NCBI GenBank assembly: GCA_016186945.1
Contig: JACPKR010000004.1
Span: forward strand, 4,246 to 68,245
Length of the DNA stretch: 64,000 nucleotides
Direction: 5' to 3'
Source of the DNA: Deltaproteobacteria bacterium
GTDB lineage: Bacteria > Bdellovibrionota_B > Oligoflexia > Oligoflexales > Bog-1112
The notes under the pieces are model-generated. The model had not been told where the DNA came from. It did no database searches and saw nothing but the letters and a program-made list of their open reading frames with translations. Position numbers and translations under genes: made by a program. Below are positions 46,743-55,728 of the stretch, one piece after another. Each line of letters starts with the position of its first letter. Position 1 is the first letter of the stretch.

Positions 46743-48839
46743 CTATGAAAATGTGGGTTTCATACCGAAGGCATCCCGTCGGGAGAGTTTAATTCTTCCC
46801 TGACGGTCGATGTCGATGACTTTCACTAACACTTCATCTCCGAGTTTTACCGCGTCTTCGATGCTTTCGATCCTTTTATCATCCATGTGTGATATGTGGC
46901 ACAAACCGTCAACTCCGGGACGCAGCTCAATAAAGGCTCCGAAGTCTACGACGCGGACCACTCGTCCCAGGTAAACTTCCCCGACTTGTGGGGTTGTTGT
47001 ATAGGCACGGATGAGGGTTTTAGCAGCTTGAGCGGATAACGAGTCGGGCGCGACGATCGTGACCACACCGTTATCGCCGATATCCATTTTAACACCAGCT
47101 TCAGAGCTGATTTTCTTGATGTTCTTTCCTCCTGGTCCGATCAAGTCTTTGATTTTGTCGGAACCGATCTTCAGTTTGAACATGCGGGGTGCAAGGGAGC
47201 TTAGGTCTTGCGGTTCGGCGATTGCTTCAGCCATTTTGCCGAGGATGTGCAAGCGGCCTTCGCGTGCCTGTTCCAGAGCCTGCATCATGAGTTCAGGCGA
47301 AATGCCGCCTATCTTGATGTCCATTTGCAGTGCTGTGATTCCTTTTTTTGTACCGCAGACTTTGAAGTCCATGTCGCCCACGTGATCTTCATCACCTAGG
47401 ATGTCGGACAGGATAGCGCTTTGTTCGCCTTCCTTAACGAGTCCCATGGCGATACCTGCCACAGAGTCTTTGAGAGGGACCCCTGCTTTCAGAAGGGCCA
47501 TCGTTCCTGCGCAGACGGTTGCCATGGAGGAGCTTCCGTTGGACTCCAGAATTTCAGAAACCAGCCGGATCGTGTAAGCAAAATCGTTCTCACTAGGCAC
47601 CATAGGATAAAGTGCGCGACGTGCAAGGCTTCCGTGACCGATTTCGCGACGGCTCGGGGTCCTCTGCATGCGAGCTTCCCCTACACTAAAGGGAGGGAAG
47701 TTGTAGTGCAGCATGAATCGGTCCTTGATTTCCGTGTCCCAGAGCGATTCCAGACGTTGTTGATCCTCGGCCGCAGCGAGAGTGACGGAAGCAAGAGCTT
47801 GTGTCTCACCCCTTGTAAAGAGGGAAGAACCGTGTGGTCGTGAAAGAATACCCGTCTCGCACTTGATGGGTCGTATCTGCGCCAGACCCCTTCCGTCGAT
47901 GCGTCGCTTGTCCCTGAGTATCATTGTGCGCATGAGTTCTGAACGCAGCTTGCCAGCAAGCTGACTGATGGCTTGTTCTCGTGCAGAGTCGTTCTCAGGG
48001 TTCAACTGGGTGATCGCGTCTTGTGTGACTTTGCTGATAGCCTTGCTGCGCTCCTGCTTATCGGAAATCCCGAGAGCATCGTTCAGCGGGCCTTGAATGA
48101 GTTCCCTGACCTTTGTCTGAAGTTCTGTATCGGTTTGCATTTCGGGAACCGACATTTTTGCCTTGCCAATCTCCTGCTGTATTTTTTTCTGGAATTCGAA
48201 GAAGGGCCGCATTTCATTGTGTGCAAACTGAATGGCGTCCAGCATTTCCTTTTCTGAAGCTTCGTTAGCACCCGCTTCCACCATCAAGACAGCATCGGGG
48301 CTGCAAGCGACTGTGAGGAAGAGGTCTCCCTCACCTGCCTCGCCTTCAAGAGGATCGACCATAAGTTGACCCTCTTTGCGACCAATGTTTAAGGCAGCAA
48401 CTGGGCCTGCGAAAGGAATATCACTGATCATCAGAGCGGTACTGGCACCGACAAGAGCCAAGGGGCCAGGGTTATGCCCGTGCTCATAAGAAAGGACAGT
48501 CGCTGTGATGACAGTCTCGTTTTTGAATGCTTTGGGAAAGAGAGGGCGTAAAGGCCGGTCGATCAAACGAGCCGTCAAGGCTGCTTTGTCGGAAGGCTTT
48601 CCCTCGCGTTTGAAATAGCCACCGGGCACTCGGCCCGCAGCATAGGTTTTTTCAATATAGTCGACACCGAGGGGGAAAAAGTCCAGGCCAGGGGAAGCTT
48701 TGTCTGCGGCGCATACGGTGACAAGAACCTGGGTGTCACCTGAGCTGACCATGACGGAGCCGTTTGCCTGGCGTGCGAATTTCTGAAACTCGAACTTAAT
48801 GGTTCGACCGTTGATATTAACTTCGTGTGAAATAGACAT
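46743..48839 (-). CDS. pnp: Polyribonucleotide nucleotidyltransferase (PNPase)
   Basis: The start is taken at MSISHEVNINGRTIKFEFQKFARQANGSV (ATG 48839, with AAGGA plus an A9 tract upstream). Two RNase PH domains, KH and S1 (VGEVYLGRVVRVVDFGAFIEL). ORF-track start 48890 is an extension. Confidence 0.96.
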   Translation of the reverse strand: MSISHEVNINGRTIKFEFQKFARQANGSVMVSSGDTQVLVTVCAADKASPGLDFFPLGVDYIEKTYAAGRVPGGYFKREGKPSDKAALTARLIDRPLRPLFPKAFKNETVITATVLSYEHGHNPGPLALVGASTALMISDIPFAGPVAALNIGRKEGQLMVDPLEGEAGEGDLFLTVACSPDAVLMVEAGANEASEKEMLDAIQFAHNEMRPFFEFQKKIQQEIGKAKMSVPEMQTDTELQTKVRELIQGPLNDALGISDKQERSKAISKVTQDAITQLNPENDSAREQAISQLAGKLRSELMRTMILRDKRRIDGRGLAQIRPIKCETGILSRPHGSSLFTRGETQALASVTLAAAEDQQRLESLWDTEIKDRFMLHYNFPPFSVGEARMQRTPSRREIGHGSLARRALYPMVPSENDFAYTIRLVSEILESNGSSSMATVCAGTMALLKAGVPLKDSVAGIAMGLVKEGEQSAILSDILGDEDHVGDMDFKVCGTKKGITALQMDIKIGGISPELMMQALEQAREGRLHILGKMAEAIAEPQDLSSLAPRMFKLKIGSDKIKDLIGPGGKNIKKISSEAGVKMDIGDNGVVTIVAPDSLSAQAAKTLIRAYTTTPQVGEVYLGRVVRVVDFGAFIELRPGVDGLCHISHMDDKRIESIEDAVKLGDEVLVKVIDIDRQGRIKLSRRDAFGMKPTFS

Positions 48840-48949
48840 GATTTTTTTTTCCTTTAAGGGTGACAGTAAGAATTTTCGAACTCTCAGCACCCGGTATTAA
48901 GGGGGGTAAGGCTTAGTTGATCTTAACATAAGAGCCGGCGAAGACTACT

Positions 48950-49219
48950 TTATTTACGAATACCAAGCTTGGTGATGAGATCTTTGTAGGCGCTGCTATC
49001 TTTTCGATTAAGGTAATTGAGCAGTTGGCGCCGCTGGCCGACCAATTGCATCAAACCTCGCCGTGAGTGATGATCTTTCTCATTGTTTTTAAAGTGTTCC
49101 GTGAGATAGTTCAGCCGCTCCGATATTAAAGCAACCTGAACTTGGGGAGATGCGGTGTCTCGTTCATGCAAACGATACGTGTTGAGGACTTCCGCTTTCC
49201 GTTCCTTTGTAAGGGCCAT
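48950..49219 (-). CDS. rpsO: 30S ribosomal protein S15
   Basis: MALTKERKAEVLNTYRLHERDTASPQVQVALISERLNYLTEHFKNNEKDHHSRRGL.. is canonical S15. ATG 49219 follows AAGGA. Confidence 0.96.
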   Translation of the reverse strand: MALTKERKAEVLNTYRLHERDTASPQVQVALISERLNYLTEHFKNNEKDHHSRRGLMQLVGQRRQLLNYLNRKDSSAYKDLITKLGIRK

Positions 49220-49421
49220 TTCCAATCCTTTTATAAACAATTATCAATAAGTTAAGTGTATTAGATTCAAGAACGACAGGGCTTTTTGCCCATTTCACCT
49301 AGCTTGTAGGATAGTATGTCTTTACTCGATGGGGCGGAATTTACAAGAAAAAAGTGAAACGTGCAAGGTGCATTTTCCCCTTCTGCCTGCCATGCGGTAA
49401 ACTGAAAGGACTGAACCTATA

Positions 49422-49586
49422 TGTAGTATTCAGGATAATCAATTTGGGGAAAAACTTTTTGAAAAAAGTTGTTTCCCCAAGCCCCTTTTTAAAAACTTCA
49501 ATATTTAAAGTTTTTTGGGGGGAGGCGTGGAGGGGAACTTTTTTTCAAAAAAGGTCCTCTCCACAAGTTCTATTTCTCAAAGACTA
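49422..49586 (-). repeat. Family B repeat, full-length copy in inverted orientation
   Basis: tgtagtattcaggataatcaatttgggg...ccacaagttctatttctcaaagacta aligns end to end with the reverse complement of 35131-35297. Confidence 0.88.
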
Positions 49587-49603
49587 ATTAAAGGAAGGGC
49601 TTC

Positions 49604-50230
49604 ATGTTTCTAGTCAATGTTATGGCCATCAGCGTCGACGGGGAAATTGCCGCCGAACCGTTAGAGGATAACGACGGCAGGGTCACAGTAGGTCTGAGCA
49701 ATGCTTACGACCAGAAACTTGTCGATGATGAACTCGCCTCCTGCGACGCCGTCATCCTGGGGGCCGAATCGGTCCGCGCGGCAGGAAAACTCCGGCCCGT
49801 GAAAAACCGCCTGGGCGTCTACCCCATGTGGGTCATCTTTACTGTGAAAGGCCTCGATATGTCGCTGCCCTTCTGGCAGCAAAAAAACATCCCCCGGCTC
49901 GTTGTCTCCCCCACGCCAGTCAAACTACATGGCGATACGGTTATGAATCTTAACTACCAGGACAAAAAACCAGGCGAGTACATTTTGGGACATTTAAAGG
50001 AACTCGGCGCCGAGAAGGTTCTGCTTTTCGGAGGAGGACAGATAAACAAGATTTTCTACGATGAGAATCTGGTCGATGAGGTCAAAATCACCCTAGCCCC
50101 CCTTCTTCTGGGTCAAGGGATCGCTCGCTTTCTCGGAACACCTTTGCTTTCTCCTCGCCGTCTACAGCTTCTCAACTTTCACGAGATGGATGATTTTCTT
50201 TACCTCCACTACCGTGTCGAAAAGGAGTGA
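49604..50230 (+). CDS. RibD C-terminal / dihydrofolate-reductase-like family protein
   Basis: MFLVNVMAISVDGEIA... VLLFGGGQINKIFYDENLVDEVKITLAPLLLG is the typical RibD_C layout. Confidence 0.6.
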   Translation: MFLVNVMAISVDGEIAAEPLEDNDGRVTVGLSNAYDQKLVDDELASCDAVILGAESVRAAGKLRPVKNRLGVYPMWVIFTVKGLDMSLPFWQQKNIPRLVVSPTPVKLHGDTVMNLNYQDKKPGEYILGHLKELGAEKVLLFGGGQINKIFYDENLVDEVKITLAPLLLGQGIARFLGTPLLSPRRLQLLNFHEMDDFLYLHYRVEKE

Positions 50231-50366
50231 GCGTCAAATTTCAGACGCCTGGAAATTGACATTGCTCTGATTTTTCCCAACGTCCCAGGGAAAAGCATGG
50301 TTAAGCAAAGCCCAAATACTTCCTACTTTTCACGTTAATCTCTGTCGTTACAAACACAAGAGAGAT

Positions 50367-50382
50367 TGGCCCGGTTCTTGCT
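50367..50382 (+). promoter_or_regulatory. Candidate sigma54 (-24/-12) promoter upstream of flgF
   Basis: TGGCCCGGTTCTTGCT has GG and GC separated by exactly 10 nt (consensus TGGCAC-N5-TTGC), 24 nt upstream of ATG 50406. Confidence 0.5.
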
Positions 50383-50405
50383 CCTAATCAGCTTGGAGGA
50401 AAGGT

Positions 50406-51194
50406 ATGCTGCAAAACGTCCACACATCACTGTCGGGAGCCTTGGCGCAAGAACGTGTCCTTGAAATCATTGCCAATAACCTTGCGAATCTAAATACCGT
50501 CGGATTTAAGGAAGAAAATGTAACCTTCAAACTTTTGACACCTGAGCCTAACCAGTATTATACGGAACCGCTTCCCGAAGAAAATTTCCGCATCACGCTT
50601 GAAGACGTCCTTCCCCTCAGAGGAAACGAAAACAAATATGTCGGGATTGCGGAAGTGAGCCGCAACGAATTACAGGGCAGCCCGTCTGAAACCAAAAACC
50701 CACTCGACGTCATGATCGAAGGAGGGGGTTACTTTGCTGTCCATACACCTTCCGGTATCCGCTACACACGAGCAGGCTCGTTTTCACTCAGCACGGAAGG
50801 CGGCCTGGTCGACAAATGGGGACACCCCGTTCTCGGAGAACGTGGCAATATCTTCCTGTCAGGTGCAAAAGTAGAGATCAATCACTTGGGAGAAGTTTAT
50901 CAGAACGGAGAATTTATCGACCGCCTGCAAGTTCATACATTCAAGGACAATACGCTCCTGGAGAAGGTCGGCCTGAACCACTACTTCTACCACGGCCCAG
51001 AGGAAGATGACAGCGTGGTCGCCTTTCCCACAGTTAAGCAAGGCTATCTGGAATCTTCCAATGTCAACGCGATCAAGAATTTGACGAACATGATCATTGC
51101 TCATCGTTCCTACGAAGCTTACCAGAAGGCAATCAAGAACTACGACTCTATGATGGAAAAATCAAGCAACACTCTCGGAGACACTAAAGGGTAA
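50406..51194 (+). CDS. flgF: Flagellar proximal rod protein FlgF
   Basis: Rod-family N-terminus (LEIIANNLANLNTVGFK) and C-terminus (GYLESSNVNAIKNLTNMIIAHRSYEAYQK). It sits upstream of flgG. Confidence 0.88.
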   Translation: MLQNVHTSLSGALAQERVLEIIANNLANLNTVGFKEENVTFKLLTPEPNQYYTEPLPEENFRITLEDVLPLRGNENKYVGIAEVSRNELQGSPSETKNPLDVMIEGGGYFAVHTPSGIRYTRAGSFSLSTEGGLVDKWGHPVLGERGNIFLSGAKVEINHLGEVYQNGEFIDRLQVHTFKDNTLLEKVGLNHYFYHGPEEDDSVVAFPTVKQGYLESSNVNAIKNLTNMIIAHRSYEAYQKAIKNYDSMMEKSSNTLGDTKG

Positions 51195-51212
51195 CAAAGG
51201 GGGGACCTCATC

Positions 51213-51992
51213 ATGATGCGTTCATTACTCACAGCAGCGACAGGCATGGAAGCCCAACAACTGAACATTGATACGATCGCCAACAACCTTGCGAACGTTA
51301 ACACGACAGCCTTCAAACGCTCCCGTGCTAACTTCCACGACCTCCTTTATCAGACCCTTAGAGCGCCGGGGCAAAGTGCGACAACGGGAAACGTTGTCCC
51401 CGGTGGAATTCAAATCGGCACGGGAGTCAAGTTGTCTTCCGTCGACAAGATGTTTACAGAAGGTGCCATTCAAGTGACGGGGAATGACCTGGACTTCATG
51501 ATTGAAGGAGACGGCTTCTTCCGCCTACAGAAAGATGACGGGGAAGTCGTATACACACGCAACGGGCACTTCAGCAAGGACGCCACGGGTCGCATCGTTT
51601 CCGCTGATGGGTATGCTCTATCTCCCGAAATTGTCATCCCTGCGGATGCGAAAAATATAACCGTCGGCTATGACGGCACTGTAACGATTAAAATCGAGGG
51701 AGAAACCCAAGAACTCGGGCAAATCCTATTGGCATCCTTTATCAACCCTACGGGACTTGTCTCCCTAGGGGGCAACAACTTTGCAACGTCCCGAGCGAGT
51801 GGGGAACCGATCGTAGGTGCGCCCAACCAAGGGGGCATGGGGAAAATCGGTCAGGCAGAGCTGGAAAGCTCGAACGTCAATATCGTTGAAGAAATGGTCA
51901 ACATGATCACTGGGCAGCGAGCCTACGAAATTAGCTCGAAAGTCATTCAGACGGGTGACCAGATGCTTCAAACCACCAACGGCATAAGGTAA
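51213..51992 (+). CDS. flgG: Flagellar distal rod protein FlgG
   Basis: MMRSLLTAATGMEAQQLNIDTIANNLANVNTTAFKRSR ... ELESSNVNIVEEMVNMITGQRAYEISSKVIQ. Confidence 0.95.
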   Translation: MMRSLLTAATGMEAQQLNIDTIANNLANVNTTAFKRSRANFHDLLYQTLRAPGQSATTGNVVPGGIQIGTGVKLSSVDKMFTEGAIQVTGNDLDFMIEGDGFFRLQKDDGEVVYTRNGHFSKDATGRIVSADGYALSPEIVIPADAKNITVGYDGTVTIKIEGETQELGQILLASFINPTGLVSLGGNNFATSRASGEPIVGAPNQGGMGKIGQAELESSNVNIVEEMVNMITGQRAYEISSKVIQTGDQMLQTTNGIR

Positions 51993-51998
51993 TCGTGT

Positions 51999-52125
51999 AA
52001 TGCGTAAGCCACTTGGGGCAAATAGGGAGAGGGGGGTTTGGGGGGCGAGTGAAGCGTCGCCTCCCCCGGATTTCTTGGATGAACCAGCTGCGCAGTTTCC
52101 TCCAAACCACCTCCTTGCCCCAAGC
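51999..52125 (+). repeat. Family A repeat copy (M1-M3, no M2), 6 nt after the flgG stop
   Basis: aatgcgtaagccacttggggcaaatagggagaggggggtttggggggcgagtgaagcgtcgcctcccccggatttcTTGGATGAAccagctgcgcagtTTCCTCCAAaccacctccttgccccaagc. Confidence 0.9.
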
Positions 52126-52887
52126 ACTCTTGTGTTTTTACTCCTCAGCATCAGAGCATGGGGCACGGAGTTGCCGAATATGAATCTCGACACCCAGGCT
52201 CATGAAAAGCAAGAACTGTCGGCAGAAGAAGTGAGTAAGACGCTGGAGGACATCCTTCAGGCAAGAAACCTGGAGTTCGAAGACCGTCGTCTTGTACTTT
52301 CAAGACTTACGCTTCAAGACAAGGTGGAAACTGACTCCCAACCCTTCGTGTTGGAATTCCCGGCATTGGACAGCCTCTTGACAAAGGGCCTAGGCGACCC
52401 TCGCCAATTACGACGTGTGTCCTTACTGGAAGTTGTTTTGAGACCTGTCAGGGACCGTTCTCGGGAGCAACATTTTCAAGTGCTAGCTCGTCTTGACGTG
52501 GAACGGAAAGTTTTGGTTGCGAAGGAATCCTTGAACCGTGACACGGAGCTTAGCCCTCACCATCTGGAATGGATATGGAAAGAGGATCGAAGTTTGCAAG
52601 GTGATTTGCTCAAGAACACCGAAGATGTTGTGGGTCTAGTGGCAAAACGTCCTCTCATCAAAGGCCAGGTCGTGCTGCTTAGTTATTTTCAAAAAAAGAT
52701 TGCAATCAAACGCGGGCAAGTGGTGAGGGTGAATCTGGATCTATCTTCGATTTCCATTTCCAGTCATGTGAAGGCCCTTGAAGACGGCATCGTCGGGCAA
52801 GATATCCAGGTGCTGCATCCTGTGACAAAAAAAGTCTTACAAGCAAAGGTGATTTCCGACTCCCATGTGCAAGCGATTACAAATTGA
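52000..52887 (+). CDS. flgA: Flagellar P-ring assembly chaperone FlgA (start uncertain; the first ~42 codons of the ORF are repeat sequence)
   Basis: C-terminal SAF-like region VVGLVAKRPLIKGQVVLLSYF...IKRGQVVRV...ALEDGIVGQDIQVLHPVTKKVLQAKV, and a position before flgH-flgI. Alternative in-frame starts are GTG 52132 and ATG 52180. Confidence 0.75.
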   Translation: MRKPLGANRERGVWGASEASPPPDFLDEPAAQFPPNHLLAPSTLVFLLLSIRAWGTELPNMNLDTQAHEKQELSAEEVSKTLEDILQARNLEFEDRRLVLSRLTLQDKVETDSQPFVLEFPALDSLLTKGLGDPRQLRRVSLLEVVLRPVRDRSREQHFQVLARLDVERKVLVAKESLNRDTELSPHHLEWIWKEDRSLQGDLLKNTEDVVGLVAKRPLIKGQVVLLSYFQKKIAIKRGQVVRVNLDLSSISISSHVKALEDGIVGQDIQVLHPVTKKVLQAKVISDSHVQAITN

Positions 52888-53866
52888 GCTAATGATTCTC
52901 ATGATGGTCTTGACCGGCTGTTTCGCAAAAATGCGGACAATCGGTAGCAGACCGTTACAGGTCGAGCCGAAAAACCTTCAGAAAGTAGGAAGTCCCGTCC
53001 CAGCTAAGGAGTACCCACAGCAATTCTATAGGAAAAAAACTCAGCTCGATATTCGTGAAACAGACGAACCTAGTTTAAATGGCAGTCTGTTTAATGTCGA
53101 GAATGCAAAGAACGACTTGTATAGAGACACAGCCCCCGATGGGATAGGGAATGTCGTGGCTATCGCTGTAGTGATCCCTCCTGTCGAAGGAAAGACGGCT
53201 GAGGCCAAGGAACAAACAGAGGAGGAAAAGAAGGCTGCTGAGGATGAACTCATCAAAGACTTTCCTGAGCTTGAACCCCCAACCGATCAGTCTAAGCGTC
53301 TCCTTCGTAGCTTCAACATGAAGATTGCGAAGACGTATCCCAACGGGGACGTGCTTGCGGTTTACACAAGAAGTTCCGAGACAGACTTTGAAGTCAAAGC
53401 TGTTGAAGTGTCCGCTAGGATCCCCTACGAGAAACTTGTGAGCTTGGAAGGAGTTACCACTAAAGACTTGCGTGACGTGAAATTCCGATCCTCAGATTCC
53501 AAGGAAAGCGTCGAGCGCGTTTCGACAACATGGGAGGACGAATATACCTTGCGCATCAGTGGCTTTACCGAAGCGCAGTCGAAGGAAGCCTCGGAACTTA
53601 ACCTAAAACGTCAACAGCTTTTGCAGCTACGGCAAAATATGTACGATCGTCTGAAAACGTTCAGCTCTGAAAGAGGCACTATCGCGAAGGAACGAGACAA
53701 ACTTCTGAAAGAACGCAAGGATGAGAAAGAAGAAATGGAAAAACTCAAAACGAAGATCAAGGAGCTGGAAGATTCCCTAACCGCCAAGGACCAAGTGATC
53801 AAGGAACAAGAAGCAAAAATGGGAGAGTTAGAGAAGAAAGCTCCTGAAGGAACGACCACGCAATGA
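52865..53866 (+). CDS. flgH: Flagellar L-ring lipoprotein FlgH, divergent, with a ~100-aa C-terminal coiled-coil extension
   Basis: Lipobox MILMMVLTG-C and FlgH-like blocks (NGSLFNVENAKNDLYRDTAPDGIGNVVAIAV; IAKTYPNGDVLAVYTRSSE...). The tail is heptad-rich (ERDKLLKERKDEKEEMEKLKTKIKELEDSLTAKDQVIKEQEAKMGELEKK). Confidence 0.7.
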   Translation: MCKRLQIELMILMMVLTGCFAKMRTIGSRPLQVEPKNLQKVGSPVPAKEYPQQFYRKKTQLDIRETDEPSLNGSLFNVENAKNDLYRDTAPDGIGNVVAIAVVIPPVEGKTAEAKEQTEEEKKAAEDELIKDFPELEPPTDQSKRLLRSFNMKIAKTYPNGDVLAVYTRSSETDFEVKAVEVSARIPYEKLVSLEGVTTKDLRDVKFRSSDSKESVERVSTTWEDEYTLRISGFTEAQSKEASELNLKRQQLLQLRQNMYDRLKTFSSERGTIAKERDKLLKERKDEKEEMEKLKTKIKELEDSLTAKDQVIKEQEAKMGELEKKAPEGTTTQ

Positions 53867-54876
53867 GATTGAAATGTAACATTTTTAGCGCCGTCATTAC
53901 TTTCGTAGTTGCCCATACTTTATTTGCACAAACAAAACTAAAAGACCTAGTCAACGTCAAGGGCGTGCGGTCTAACCAGCTCATCGGTTACGGACTCGTC
54001 ATGGGACTTACTGCAACGGGAGATTCAAACTCTGCGACGACTCGACGAAGTGCCGCATCCATGTTGCGAAAAATGGGGCTGAAGGCCAGTGAGAACGAAA
54101 TTGCACTGGGAAACGTGGCTTCTATCATCGCCACTGCGGAACTTCCCCCTTTCGCACGCATCGGTGACAAAATCGATGTCAGGATCTCCGCAAATAGCGA
54201 TGCAAAAAGCCTGGCAGGAGGCACCTTGCTTCAAACCCACATGCGGGCAGGGGACGGTAAAACTTATGTCATTGCTCAGGGAGCGGTTGTCATCGGGCAA
54301 GCAGACGGGCAGGGTGCGAGAGTCCTAACCGTTGCGAGAGTCCCCCAAGGAGGGGTTGTGGAAAACGAATTTTCCCCCGATTTTGCACATAAGGATGTTG
54401 TGCGGTTAAGTCTGAAACATCCCGATTTTACGACCAACTATCGAATTGTTAAAGCCATCAACGCACACTTCAAGGGATTCTATGCAGACTCCCAGGACCC
54501 CACTACCGTCAATATACAGGTTCCTTTTCACTTCCGGGACCGCATTATTCCGTTTGTTTCCGAGGTCGAACAACTTAGCGTCAACATCGACCGGCGAGCA
54601 GTCGTTGTCCTCAATGAAAGGACAGGCACCGTCGTATTGGGCAGTCAGGTGACGATCAACCCCGTTACAATCTCTCACGGTGACCTCTCCATCAAAGTCA
54701 CCCAAAAAGATCAGAAAGAGGAAGCCGATCAGTCCATGCTTACCGTAAAAGGCGCTACCGTAGGTGAGTTGGTCGAGGCGCTCAACCTCTTCGGTGTTAA
54801 ACCCGTCGATCTTGTTGGAATCATTCAGGCTATGCACACAGCGGGGGCCTTAAACGGAGATCTGGAGTTCATGTAA
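53863..54876 (+). CDS. flgI: Flagellar P-ring protein FlgI
   Basis: A signal peptide followed by KLKDLVNVKGVRSNQLIGYGLVMGLTATGDS, the canonical FlgI sequence. An ATGA overlap joins it to flgH. Confidence 0.95.
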   Translation: MRLKCNIFSAVITFVVAHTLFAQTKLKDLVNVKGVRSNQLIGYGLVMGLTATGDSNSATTRRSAASMLRKMGLKASENEIALGNVASIIATAELPPFARIGDKIDVRISANSDAKSLAGGTLLQTHMRAGDGKTYVIAQGAVVIGQADGQGARVLTVARVPQGGVVENEFSPDFAHKDVVRLSLKHPDFTTNYRIVKAINAHFKGFYADSQDPTTVNIQVPFHFRDRIIPFVSEVEQLSVNIDRRAVVVLNERTGTVVLGSQVTINPVTISHGDLSIKVTQKDQKEEADQSMLTVKGATVGELVEALNLFGVKPVDLVGIIQAMHTAGALNGDLEFM

Positions 54877-54879
54877 GGG

Positions 54880-55191
54880 GTGCCCGTGGACATTAAACCT
54901 GTGGGAGTGGATACCGGACCGATCGCCAATCCACAGCTTCACGAAGTTGCTGAGGAGTTCGAAGCCCTCTTCCTTGACATCGTCATGAGAGCTATGCGTA
55001 AAAGCGTGACCAAATCGGGGTTTATCGACGGAGGAAACGCTGAGGAAATCTACGCGAGTATGTTGGATTCGGAATACGCCAAGCTTATGTCAAAACAGGG
55101 CGTTTCCGGCCTTGCCGATAATATCGAACGCCAGCTCAACCAGATGCAGGGACGGCATGCCTATAAACCCCCTCGCCTTGCCCCGCCCTAA
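54880..55191 (+). CDS. Rod-binding protein (FlgJ N-terminal domain only, no muramidase domain)
   Basis: GTG start. EVAEEFEALFLDIVMRAMRKS ... EIYASMLDSEYAKLMSKQG matches the rod-binding domain pattern. 103 aa. Confidence 0.75.
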   Translation: MPVDIKPVGVDTGPIANPQLHEVAEEFEALFLDIVMRAMRKSVTKSGFIDGGNAEEIYASMLDSEYAKLMSKQGVSGLADNIERQLNQMQGRHAYKPPRLAPP

Positions 55192-55270
55192 GGAGGTAAA
55201 AAGTTTCCACCTGGAGTCATTGCCTGGTCGGACAAAAAAATGGAAAATAATGTCAGGGTTAATAAATTCC

Positions 55271-55360
55271 TTTTGGGAAAAAGAATTTGTGGAGAGGACC
55301 TTTTTTGAAAAAAAGTTCCCCTCCACGCCTCCCCCCAAAAAACTTTAATTGATTATCCTG
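55271..55360 (+). repeat. Family B repeat, truncated/internally deleted copy lacking both termini
   Basis: ttttgggaaaaagaatttgtggagaggaccttttttgaaaaaaagttcccctccacgcctccccccaaaaaactttaattgattatcctg. It ends 17 nt before the flgM start. Confidence 0.8.
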
Positions 55361-55376
55361 GGAAAAGGATGGAATT

Positions 55377-55724
55377 ATGAAAGTAAGCAACGAGGCAGCG
55401 ACTCCCTCCGTAAACCGTGAACAGAGTACCCAGGCAAGCGAAAAGACTAAGAAAACCAGCGCAACAAAAAGCCTGCAAAAAACCACCGGAGCGGACACAA
55501 CGGCAACGGATTACGATGTGAACCTATCCCAAGGGTCGAAGGAACTTACACAAGCCTATGAGAAAGCTTTTGCCATTGCCAAAAACACACCCGACGTTCG
55601 TGAAGACAAGGTAAAGGAACTCAAAGAGAAAATCAGTAAAGGACTTTATCGCATCGACTCCGGTGCGGTAGCTGACGGCATTTTGAAAGAAGCAGTAAGG
55701 GATCGTCTAGCAACACGAGAATAG
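55377..55724 (+). CDS. flgM: Anti-sigma-28 factor FlgM
   Basis: 115 aa with a disordered N-terminus. The C-terminal VREDKVKELKEKISKGLYRIDSGAVADGILKE is the FlgM signature. Confidence 0.85.
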   Translation: MKVSNEAATPSVNREQSTQASEKTKKTSATKSLQKTTGADTTATDYDVNLSQGSKELTQAYEKAFAIAKNTPDVREDKVKELKEKISKGLYRIDSGAVADGILKEAVRDRLATRE

Positions 55725-55728
55725 ACTT

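Noticed and set aside
48840-48852. An A9 run between the SD and the ATG of pnp
   Set aside because: It lies in the untranslated leader, so length changes would not shift the frame. No evidence of variability is visible from a single sequence.
55114-55121. A perfect sigma28 -10 octamer, GCCGATAA, inside the flgJ-like gene, ~255 nt upstream of flgM
   Set aside because: No acceptable TAAA -35 lies at a 15-16-nt spacing (the best is CAAA at 18). An exact 8-mer is also expected about twice by chance in 64 kb on two strands. It is worth a transcription-start check but is not supportable as a feature.
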